A stretch of 64,000 bases of DNA from Tubiluchus corallicola (taxonomy: Eukaryota > Animalia > Priapulida): positions 1 through 64,000 of the forward strand of contig JAQGDQ010000558.1 of NCBI GenBank assembly GCA_030141605.1, given 5' to 3'. Positions 13,725 to 26,300 of this stretch are shown in pieces. The position numbers and the translations under genes were made by a program. The notes under the pieces were generated by a model. The model was not told the DNA's origin. It saw only the letters and a list, made by a program, of their open reading frames with translations, and did no database searches. Within the stretch, counting starts at the first letter, position 1. The number at the start of each line of letters is the position of its first letter.

Positions 13725-13912
13725 GTACAAGTGAAGAGCAAGGTGACCTGTTCAATCCTTTATTACCGATAAAGCAATGTAGGTGACACTATAATCGCTG
13801 CAGTTTGTGATGCTTCTGTACAAGTGAAGAGCAAGGTAACCTGTTCAACCCTTTATTACCGATAAAGCAATGTAGGTGACACTATAATCGCCGCAGTTTG
13901 TGATGCCTCTGT
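13725..13912. repeat. 93-bp tandem duplication
   Basis: Two near-identical copies. Confidence 0.9.
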
Positions 13913-16333
13913 GTATCTGAGGGATTAAACGAAAGGGGACTGACAACTCTTGTCTGGCTTGAGTGCACGGAGAAACCTTGTAACTCCCACTTCATGAAAA
14001 CAAGCCGCAGGAACGGAACACTCATTTGCAAGCACAAACAAGTAAGTCTGTTAATTTAAAAATTACTTTAAATATTTATTTCCTTCTTTTACAAAATAAT
14101 AAAGCATCTTTCATTAGGTATTCATTCCAAGTTTTAAGGTAGTCCATTAAATTTTGCTTCTCGACAAGTGAAAATAGTTTTTCCCGCGTTTCCCAGAACT
14201 GGTTAAAGCTTATGAAATACCAAAAGAGACTGAACGCTGGAAGCCAGGCACCAGACGCTTTGGTAACTCACAGGCTTATCTTTCAAAGTCCCAGGGATTT
14301 AGAGTTGAACTCAGTTGTGGTTCATTTTCGAACATGATTTAAAACTAATGACAGATGGTACAGCGGGCTGCAAAAAGTGGGAAAATGGGTTGTTTTGTGA
14401 AAAGGGAACAAACAGGAGTGATTTCTGCAAAGAGGTCTGGAAGAAAGGGAAAAGAAATCATCTTCCTAGTGGGTAGATAATCCATTGATCATTTTGCAAC
14501 AGTTGATAAGATCAAAGTTTTCTCTCTGTTGCTCTAAAGTTGACAGAGTAAAAAGGTCAGCATCCTCAGCTAGCCGAACACATCAGATTTGTGCTTTTCC
14601 CAGTGACGTTATAAGCACGGACTACTCAGATGATCATGCTTGTTGGGCGCCGAGTAATCCACTTGCCGAAGTAGGACAATTGGCGTACATGGACTACCCA
14701 AGTAGGACACTAGAGACAGGTCGCGAATTGAGTTGTTAAGTGTACTGGCACCGTCCGTTGTCCTTGTTTATTTAATAATAATAACTGAAAACGTTGAATA
14801 ATTTATTATATATCTGATAAAAGAAAAGAATCTTATTTTGAGTGCATAAAATTTCCAATATTAAATTTGGCTTCGATATTAATCTTTTTGAAGTGAAATA
14901 AGCCCACTTATTTGATTCAAACATTTGCTTAAGGTATATCATTTTTTATTTTGTCTCGCTTCACAGACAGGTGATCCGTTTCACTACCTCTTGGACAAAT
15001 AATCGTTTTCTGCTAATTAAATGGGCTAGCGAGTTATGTGCCCTACATAGTTTCTCTCTTTAAAGAATTAGATACTTAGTTGAATGTTATGATGATATTC
15101 ATGGAGCTAATAATAATGATGATATTATTGTAAAAATGTAAATTGTCAAGGAGTATCCATCATTATTATAAAGTTACTTTTTTCTAAAACAAATTTAGTT
15201 TTACGTTTCATGATGTCATAATTCTCGACAGCAATCGCCTGTGCCCTACCTGGGTTGCCCGTGTACGACGCTGCTTTTCCACAAATTAAGCACGTGTTTT
15301 ACCGGAAGTGTCCTACTTCGGCTAGTGGTTTACTCAGCTCCCTACAATGCTGACCACCGAATCATACTCAAGAATTAAAAATAACAAAAGACATTCCTGG
15401 ATGTGACGTGTCTTTAATCACAGAGATACATTGATTTGTTTCTCAAATGGCATTGCTTATGTAAGCATTCCACTTTGTCATTCCAGGTACTTTCAAAAAA
15501 CGGGAGACAGGTAAGACAAATTAAGAGATTCATCACAGATATAGACAATTTCGTTTATTTTCTGTCTGTCTCTCCTGTGATTCGCCTCACATACACCACA
15601 CGATAATTAATGAGATATACCATGGACTATACAGCAGCAAATCAAACAACGGGTCACCAAATGAGAGATTTTTGCATTCGCGATACGCTCGTTGATATTG
15701 TGTGTTAAACCCATCAGCTTAGTCTGAAATCGTTACTTTCCGCCAACAATAACATAGTTGCCAATTTGTATAATTACATAGCTTAAATAAAATACGTTAA
15801 TTGTAAAATGACGTTTCAGTACTTTAAGCAACGCAATTATAAAATTACCGTATTAATTAATTTTCACAGTCAACACGTCAATGTTACGAAAACAAAAAAC
15901 TTCAACCTACGAAATCTACGCGTATCAGCAGGGACACCTGTTGAATGTTGACGCAACGTTGGCGCCATCTGTTGAGTTTTTATGAAATTGTACATTTTCC
16001 ACAAGAATTATCATAATTCTGACTAGTGTGATTGTTATTGTCGTACTGATAAATTTGTTTTAAACGGTATGAAGACTTCACTGAATCTGGATCAATTTTC
16101 TGAAGTTCATAATAACAACAAGTCACGACCTTGTTTGGGTTTGTCTTTGCACCGTGAGCAACACAAGACAACAATCAACAAAGTTCGAAAGTATTTTTTG
16201 CATGTGTTAAGTTACATGCACCATTATAATTACAGAGTATGAAATAAAATCGAAAATGACTGCTTGAACAATTACATTTCAAAAACATTTATTTATTTGA
16301 AAGTATCATCACATGAAATATATGTGCACAGAA

Positions 16334-16381
<48 letters not shown>

Positions 16382-16945
16382 CCTCTTATAAAACAAAAAT
16401 GTAAATAAAAATCTCTCCAAGCAATTCATATGGACAAATTAACCACGATCTTAAGATAAAACCACGTAATACTGTTTATAATTTCCACATTACTGTATCA
16501 CAAAAACAATCTGTTCTTAAATAATTTTTCTTAATTTACGTAAACATATTTTGCTACGAAATTATTCCACATTTGGTTCATATAAACAAAAAATTATTAA
16601 ATATCCGACACGTTTGTTGGATTTCATATTAAACATAACATTACGTGTATGACTATTAACCATGCAATCACGCAGTATCTGACATTACTGAGTATTACAA
16701 ATTCACTAGCAGCATCATAAAAAAATTGTTCAAGAACTCAAACTCTCAAAAAAGCATTGTGACTCAATAAATTGTATAAACACAAGCAACTTTACTATAA
16801 TAACAAATTGATTCACTATTAATTAGATGATTACTATATCTGACATAAAATTTGTTTCATCCAAGCTCCTAATAAATTTCACGTCATTATTATCAAATCT
16901 CAGAAACAAATGAAAATGCCTCCAGCAAATTTCTTGTATAAACTT

Positions 16946-17335
16946 CAGGGTGATTCAGAAGAAACAGTGCGGTAGTAACATGCTTGGTACAAGCATACAT
17001 TGAAAATATGAAATGTACAAAGACGGAGTTATCTGGTAGGAAAAGTGAAGTTACGTAAATAAAATATTATTTTTACGTCATTATGATGTTGTTTTGGCAA
17101 AATAACAAGTGTTATTCAAAGCATCCAACCAGCTTATGGAGTTGAGTGTGTTTTTCATGACATGTAGTTTCTCCAGTTTGTGTCATCAAGTTAACAGTAC
17201 GCACTTCCAGCAGTTATTGTAGCGTAATCTCATACTAAATGACGTAATGCCCACATACTAAATACCCGCATTTCATTGTGATTTGTTCAGCATATCAGTA
17301 CATGTCTACTGCACTGTTTCTTCTGGAACACCCTG
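16946..17335. mobile_element. Tc1/mariner MITE; left-truncated paralog at about 22155-22503
   Basis: TIR CAGGGTG.T.CAGAAGAAACAGTGC; TA at right end. Confidence 0.82.
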
Positions 17336-18031
17336 TATAAATCTTGAATATTTACAGAAGTTGAAAATAGTGCTACTGTAATATGAATTTTAGACCAGCT
17401 CATGTTATAACACTTTATTTTTGCTGACTCTAGCATTGTTATGGGCTCAAATTAAGCAACACTTGGGCTTTGACTTTTAAATCTTTGGTAACTGTTGCAA
17501 GTAAGCCTAACATTAATGGCAACAGTGAGTGTCAGATGAATACATCCATGACAACAGCTTTCTGTTACACAATTGATAAATGTAAAATGACTAATTGATC
17601 ACCATGAAGTACAAGAAGAATATCGTTATCTTTTTTTATCACTTAATCAACTTGAATATGTAAAACTAGAATGATATACACAAGCGGCAATGAACATTTT
17701 AGCAAAAAAGCAATCATTTTCTGAGCAGATTTTGTAGTTGGCGAATCCTTCTTTTGAGTGTTAAGCGGTTTACTCTCTTTAGAAGCTCAGTTTGTTTCTG
17801 CTTTGTCATAGCAATAACACGCGAGTTTGACCTAACTGCAGCTCTCTCTAAATCCCAAGCTATAAGAACGTAACGAAAATAAACATGAAATTAAACAAAA
17901 TTTTGAAAGAAAATAAAATGCCATAAATGCAAAAAAATATAAAGGAAAGACACCAGATTTAGACATAGACACATTTTTACTGTCATAGTGTCAAATCTAC
18001 TTCTTTTGATTTAGCAGACTCATAAGAGGAG

Positions 18032-18587
18032 CAGTGGCATAACTAGTGGTGGACGGACGGTGCGTTCTAAGATCAGGCAGCACTTTTCAGAGGGCAGCAC
18101 TTTGACCAAGTGCACTGAAAAAGTTGAATCTGTTAGAACAGTAGAAAGCTAAAACACTTGACACAATTTAATTATCTGAGGCATTCTGCCTAAAAGTTTG
18201 CAATAAATACAAAGATAACTTTGTTAGATAGTGTTTACCTAGTTTTCTTTGTTTCAAAAATTTCTGTATAGCACACATCTTGAGTTAACTGTGAAGTACA
18301 TTTATAATCACACTCTTACCCATGTTAACATTTAAAGAAACTTCTGAGTGGCCTTATCACCTGGTAGGTTCTGTAGCATGTAGGGAGAATTTATTTTTTC
18401 ACAAACAATTTTTCAGCAGCTCTTTCTATTTTATCAACTTAACTCCATACTTATCGGAACTGCAAAACAACGTCGCTAATTTTGCAAATTTAAAATATAA
18501 AATCACGAGGATGTTTCACATTATATTTCTGATCGTGAGGAAGGGTAGAAAAACCAAGAGCTGCCACTAGCTCTAGCTACGCCACTG
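18032..18587. mobile_element. MITE with CAGTGGCRTARCTAG termini
   Basis: Imperfect TIR; internal part similar to about 7640-7730; no clear TSD. Confidence 0.65.
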
Positions 18588-19077
18588 ATCATGCGCATCT
18601 TGGTAGAATAAATTGTCTTTTTCTTAACTCTTGTAGTTTAAACAAACATTTGACGGCAGACTTGGCCAATCTTTAAACAATTCTTGTTTATATTATGATA
18701 ACAGGTAGTTGAAAACAATTAGAAAATCGGGAACTTTTCAACCTGCGCATTGGTGTAATAAATTGGGTTTTAAGACTATATGAAGTGACAACTTGCAGCT
18801 TAAATAAACATTTGTTGGCCGAAAATGGTGCCGTCCTTGAGGCTATAGCCCTGAATCTTGGACACATTAGAGCGGCCACATCTCGACAATCATAAATATT
18901 CATTCAATGAAGGAAGTTAACGAATGGGAATAATCTGCCTGCCATGGAGATTGCCGAATCAACCATGGTAAAGTTTAAATCCTTAATCGACAATTATTTT
19001 GTGGAAAAATATGGGGTTTCTATGAGTGTACTCACTTAAACCTTAAACTGACAGCATGACATTATAACAGTAAACAT

Positions 19078-19355
<278 letters not shown>

Positions 19356-20063
19356 ATAAAATGCCATATACCATCAAAATTAATAGACAGGGACAGGAAG
19401 AAAATAAAAAACAGTCGCTAAGCACCCGTCCATTTCCTCCCTACTATAAGCAAATCCATCGATTAGGTAGGATATTTTTTCAACAACTTGCTGACTAAGT
19501 GCGCGTTAATAGCTCAAAATTTAACCCGCATACGTGTATGTTAGTTGTGCATCTTGAAAGCTCGCCAGCACAGTTCTAGACACTGAATTTTTCCGTTACG
19601 CAAACGGGCTGCTTACTGTTAGAAAAATGCAGTTTCAATGTCGAATTCCTTCGAACAACCACCCATTAACCTAATAATCTCATTCTTCCTTAATAACGAC
19701 AATTATTTTAGACATCTTCCCACTTAATTGCATTAGGCACGTCATATGGTTAGTAGCTTTATAATACCAAAAGCAAAATGTCAATGTTCGGTCAGTAGAT
19801 AAATAAAAACATTTTTCTACATGCACAAACCAGAAAGCTTATTTAGGGCAAATATTTACAAGATCAAAAAACAACATAAAAAAATACAAAAGAAAAAACA
19901 TTCCAACCCGCAGAAGCGAAAATGGGACATTTTGTATTGGGAAGACATTTGAAGGAGCTGCATTTCAAGAACACTATAGCTGAACAAACAAATTAAAAGA
20001 GCTGCGATTACAGCTCACATCTTTCACATTCACTTTCATGTAAGAGTAAAAGAAAACTGCCGT

Positions 20064-20334
20064 TCACAGGTTTAACAAAGCCGATAAGATCATTCGGATT
20101 AGAGATTCCCACTTGCCTTCTAATCTTTCCCTTGTTCCGTTTACTAATTCGTCTTCGTCGCTGACCACGAACGTGTCTGACGTACCGCTGTACGGAGTGA
20201 TTTTTCCACTGATCGATCGTTCATTCCCGAAGTGACGAATGCGATAAACTCCCAGCTTCACTGAAGGTGGAATAGTCCACTCTACCGTGGCTTCGCTATG
20301 GCCCAAAATTGTTGATGTTCGTTCCCACGAAAAC
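20064..20334 (-). CDS. ASAH2: Ceramidase terminal coding exon 16
   Basis: FSWERTSTILGHSEATVEWTIP...GVYRIRHFG...SGTSDTFVV plus C-terminal tail and stop. Confidence 0.93.
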
Positions 20335-23300
20335 CTGAAGACATGAAAATACTAGCAGACCTAAAATTATCACTTTTCTTGAACATAAAACTAAATTTTC
20401 TGCTGCCTAAATTAAACAAGAGAATTTTGTTTCTCAAAAAAAAAACTCAGGCAACTTCTGGTGAGAAAAGAATTACTAAAAGTTCATTGTCATTAATATA
20501 AATAGAGATAAGCAAAACACCAGGAAGACAGAGCAAATACATTTAAGAAATTTTTTTGGCAAAATCAGCCATTTTGTAATTGCAGCAAATATGGTATTGC
20601 CAATAAATTCCACATAATCAAAGACAGATCGGCCTTTTTTCAATTTTCAACCTACGACTAACACAATTTTGCAGTTATCTAATATCTAAGGCGACAACAT
20701 TGACTCAAAAGCAAGAATTTAAAAAATATATTAAAATTTCAAAAAATTGACAACTAATTCTCCCATTTGCAATTCGATTATAATATACTAGTGGATTTTA
20801 CTGATCTGCTTAACGGAGTGCGTTTGTCTTCTGCTATACTCAACTAACATGAATGTGTAAAGGCAATATGTAGTACAGGTATGCTCACAAAAACAGTTCA
20901 TAGATCATCTCGAACATTTCAGCATATGAAGAGTACCCGTATTGCTGTTTGCCAGGAGGCAATTTTTAACTCATTTAACAATAAGAACTCCATGCAGTGT
21001 CAAGCAGATGCTTAACATTTAGAACAGTATTTTATTTGCAGTTATACTTTTGTGATTAAAGGAACAATTCTTAAATTAGTATAATTCAAAACATTTATAT
21101 TTGTACTTATGCGGTATGGCAGTATTATATGTAATTATTTTGTTGTTGTTATTTCAGCCTGATCATTGATGCAATATCATAAATAAATCACTTTGATTGA
21201 TTCAGCAAAAACTTCCATACTTATTTAGTTCATACTTCTGCAACATTACAACTTTCACAATCTTACAGTAAAGTTTCAAATGCAAGACAAAAGCAGATTA
21301 AAATGAAAATCAGTTCACCTAGTTTCCCATGATGCATCAGTGTACTCAGTTATCCAGTATGAAGTGGCTGGATCCCATCGCTCAACTGTTAAGAATGTTG
21401 CTCCAGTCTGCATATCACAAATAATGAAATTGATAATAAAGATATGTCATTAGCTATGTGTACTGTGTAGTCCATTATGTTGTTAAAGAGTCGATATTTA
21501 ACTATTGCAACCTGCTTGCGCTATAAATTTTCTTAGTAAGTAAATGGATGCAAAAATGTGCAGGGGCGGAACTAGGGGGGGAGCGAGGGGGGCTGTCAAA
21601 ATTTGGCCCCCCTGCAAAATCGAACAAATAATTTTTTTGCAGTGAAAATTGCAGTTCGCATGTAATCATTTTCAATATGAATTAGAATTAGGTAAAAAAA
21701 TGTTTGGTAGCTTCAGTGTATTTAATTAGAGGCACATTAATAACGTTAGGTTAACTGAGAGTTAATTTTCTCATTATTGCTCTGTCCGCTGCCCCATCCT
21801 ACACACATGCTAATTATAGGCCTGCATGCAGTATAAAAGGGGTTAAAATTGGCTTAACCATTATTTAACCACTTCGGATACCTCGCCCCACAGAAAATTT
21901 TTGCCCCCCCCCCTCCCCCCTGCTTGCCACATCTATTTCCGGCCCTAAAGATGTGCAAGTAAATGAAGACACATATTGGAATTTACATAATACCGTAAGA
22001 AGTGCCTAACGTCAGAAGACCATTTATTTAAAAATAAATAATTCACAAAAAAACAGACAAAATAAGCAGATTAGAAAACAAGAACAAAAAATAAAAACTA
22101 GCACAATTATATGCACGTATTACTAAATGAAATAAATTCATTAAGCAAATGACTAACATGCTGGGTACAAGCATACATTGAAAATATGAAATGTACAAAG
22201 ACGGAGTCATCTGGTAGGAAAAGTGAAGTTACGTAAATAAAATATTATTTTTACGTCATTATGATGTTGTTTTGACAAAATAACAAGTGATATTCAAAGC
22301 ATCCAACCAGCTTATGGACTTTTGTGTGTTTTTCATAACATGTAGTTTCTCCAGTTTGCGTCATTAAGTTAATAGTACACACTTCCAGCAGTTATTGTAG
22401 TGTAATCTCATACTAAATGATGTAATGCTCAACACACATTTCATTGCGATTTGTTCAGCATATCAGTACATGTCTACTGTACTGTTTCTTCTGGAACACC
22501 CTGTATAAGTCTTGAGTAATTGCCAGCAGTTGAAAATAGTATTACTATTACTAAACAAAATAAATTCATTAGGCAAATGACTAATATTCGTAGAAAAACC
22601 CACACATAATCATGCATTTATACTTCAAAAATAAAGCCCTTGTAATACGAACAAAAGTGTAATGTGACATGGCAACATTTTTATAAACAGCCTCCCTCAG
22701 AAAATACAGCTTGAAATACTTGAAAATCATTACAAATATCTCATTTCCATGAGCGTCATAAACAGATTCCTTCTAACTAGTTATATTATTTAAATAGAAT
22801 TTTATTTAGTTGAAATAAAATGCAAAATCTTCGGTTTATGACGGTAATTTTTCCTTGAAATCGCCTAAATAAAAACAAGAAAACAAGCAAAGTGAAACAA
22901 CAAAGAAAAAAGAAACAGTTAATAAGTTTCGACCAGACGGTTTAGTCTACAGGTAACGCGTCTGCTTTCCGTCTGGGAGGTCGTGAGTTCGAACCAGCAG
23001 CCAGGTCATACCAAAGACTTTAAAAATGGTACCTGCTGTTGCCCTGCCTGGCGCGTGGTATTTAGGGTAAAAGTGGGGTGATAATAGTCTCTGTTATGCA
23101 GTTGTAGGTTGTTGTTTACAGTCGGCGATAATAGCTCTTTGAGTTAATGTTAATTGTTGACCCAAAAGCCGACTTTAAATAAAGATTATTATTATTATTA
23201 TTATTATTATTAATAAGTATTTATTCCTACCATCAGGTCGTTACGAGGATTGCCAGCCACAAAGACGACTTTAACCGTGTCATTGATGTTGTACTTTGGC

Positions 23301-26300
23301 TTGGTATTCTCTAAAACATCCCCAAATGACTTGAACATTGGAGTTCCATCGTATATGACAGGCGGTAGGAAGGAAATCTGATCGTCCAGTAAGTTTGGTG
23401 GCGAATCTCCCTTGACCGTTGCATTGCCCTAATCAAAGCACAATAAAATGCAATGTAACTAAAACAGAACGTAATGTAATTAACATACACTAGAATACAC
23501 AACTGTAATATTATTACAATAATAAGATTATTATATATTCTATGTACACTACGGCCAAATCACGTTGAAAACACCGGTTCTCGTCTAATCACCGAAGTTA
23601 AGCAATGTAGAGCCTGGTTAGTACTTGGATGAGTGACTGCCTAGGAATATCAGGTGGTGTAGGCTTGCGGGATGCCCACACTGTATCTCGACAATAAGCG
23701 GAGGAGCTGCACAAGCAGCCAACAGCTAGAGGGCGGAGGAGGTCAAGTGACCCAATGGCCATGTGTAGAGGAGTAAACCTTCCAAATCAGGAGTGGAGCC
23801 CCGAAGGTGGACCAGTGCAGCATGCTCACTGACTCCGGCAGCTCCTGCAGCCAACCTGGTGCCAAACGTATCGCTCTGCTTTCCTTTGAACTACACCAGG
23901 GAGGAAGAGAGGGGGTTCCTGTTGTCTGGGCAACTCAGGACCTCCATACACCTTGCCCAGGCGTGCGCCCTGGAGACGGTCAAGGATCGGATTGCTCAGC
24001 CACAGTCGACACTGCAGCTCCATCAATGTGATCAATAACTGACTCTCTTGGCGCACATTCCATTGTCGTCCGAGACAGAAGGATGCCAACATATTTTATG
24101 TACAAAGCAACAGCACACATGGTCGTTCCAACCTATTAATTATTTAGAAATTACTGCATTACAAGTATTAAAATAAAAAATATATAACAGTGCACGCAAT
24201 AAGACTCAATATTGAGAATCTCCATCCATTATTGCTATCAACAATGCCTTTCCACACCACTCTCTTTGCCCTTATAATCCAACCTTAAATCTGGTAAAAA
24301 GACAAATATCATCCTGTATTTAAATATATACTCACTGTTGCAATTGCTTCAGTTAAACCATTATAAATCTGCACATAGGCTTGCAATGTATGTGGACCAT
24401 ATATAGTTGATGCGCCTTCATAGCGCTGAACCTACGTGAGATAAAAAAATAATCATCATATTATGCACTAGGCTATGCTAGCTTTCATTTATGAGAGAGA
24501 GAAAGAGAGAGAGAGAGAGGGACAGAGAGAGGGAGGGAGGGAGAGAGACAGACACACAGAGAGATCCTTCTTTTCCTTTTGTTGAAGGTTCTGCCATTTG
24601 TTTCTTGGTCGTTCTACTCTAATGCGAGGTAGCAAACTTGGCACATTAAAAATTACACCCATTTACGTGCCCTGCAATTAATCTATATAGTTACACATAT
24701 ATTATATTGTAGGTTTGTATATAAATAATTTGCACATGCACACAACAAGTAATTGCATAAGGTGCTTCATATATAAATAATCAATACAGTAGTAGAGATG
24801 AGTAGGACTGAACTGCCAGCCTAGGGCGTCGTAACGTCTTGATGCACCCATGCACACACACTATGATGTATGCATTATTACATACAGAGATTCTATGAAG
24901 CCGAGCCTATATACGTAACAATATAAATTGATTGCCCTTATATAAATGAAAAATGGATACGGCACCTAGTCATTATATTACTGAATATTAGAAACATACT
25001 GGTCATCTAAAACAGAAAGAATAAAACAATTACTATAATGAATACATAAAATGTCTAATCTAAATCACTAGATGTAAGGGTAATTGTTATTTCAATAAGA
25101 TAACTTAATTGATGTGCTAATTACTGTTTACAAGCGGTGCATTTTGATCATCATGTAGCTGAGGTACCACTGTTGGTACAGTGTTTACCTTAAAGTTGTG
25201 TTTCTTAACTTATGCCCGCAACCTTGAGATTTTAAAAGTCTGTCCGGTACCCTTATCGTACTGTCAGTTTAATAGAACATTAAAACGACTTTATAAAATG
25301 TTCTTGTGCAGTGTAAGGTTTTTGAAATAAAGACTATTGTTGTCATGTCCTAAACAACTGTCGAGAACTGATTCAATTAACCCTTCCTGTGGAATCAGAA
25401 TCAGCTGTAAGACTTGTAGCTCTGTGGAAGAGCTCCCAGCATCAACTTAATCTGGACTTCATGAAGGAATGATTATCTCCTCAGCTTAAGAGAAAGGTGG
25501 GCACAACAACGAAACCGTGGTTCAGTATCATCGGTACCTGTGGTCGGACAAACGGTTTTGGTTCGTGATGGCATGCTACCAAGAGCACAATGGAAGCTTG
25601 GAAGAGTGTCCAGTCACATCCCAAGCGCTGATGGAACCATCCGTGCAGTAACATTGAGATTGCCAAATGGTCGGCATATTAATCATTCAGTTAAACTATT
25701 GCACCCATTGGAGACTGCAGCAAATTCTGGATCAAATGGTGTTAATTACCAGCCGGGGTCCAAAAATGCCAATGATGATGAAGATGCTAATGCCAAGAAA
25801 CCTGATTCAGATGCTCCACGACCACGTCGACAAGCTGCAGTTAAAGCTCAACAAAGGATCAAAGAAATTCTGGCTGGTGGGAGTGTCGTGAACTGATTCA
25901 CGAGTTTGTTTATGAACTTAATAAAGTTTAGCAACATTACAACTTTACAGCAAGTTAGACTACAGTGAATCATTTTCTCACCTGACTGATTTCTGATGCA
26001 TTACCCAAGGTTAACCAGTTTCAACTGATTTGAGCTGTTACAGGTTTTAATCCAGAAGTCACAACGTAGTGTACAGAAAAGACAGTCAATAATAAAGTGT
26101 TTGTGCCACTAAAGGAGTTTGGTTTATGTTGCTACATGTTGTGAAAAAGGCTCAAAAACATTTGCCAAAAAATAAGCCATGCAATTTATACCTCATATCG
26201 TGTCAATCCCATTTATCACGTCAAAAAAATAATAAACAACAACTTAGCCCAAGAACTACAGCCAAACGTCTTAGTTTGGGACTGCATTAAGCAAATTTGG

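Noticed and set aside
13781-13794. SP6 promoter-like TAGGTGACACTATA (twice), suggesting vector contamination
   Set aside because: Partial match only, inside a genomic 93-bp duplication, with no polylinker or vector context
15290-15520. ETS (CCGGAAGT) and CRE-like motifs with a plus-strand CAGGTAAG donor suggesting another gene
   Set aside because: No downstream coding exons found on the plus strand; short motifs alone are insufficient
23549-23666. Functional 5S rRNA gene (also about 55012-55129)
   Set aside because: No oligo-T terminator; runs into a shared SINE body, has TSDs, and the copies are diverged
23793-24092. Recurrent 70-130-aa ORFs (also 54459-54947, 56367-56799)
   Set aside because: Incidental frames in the GC-rich SINE body on both strands, with no recognisable domain
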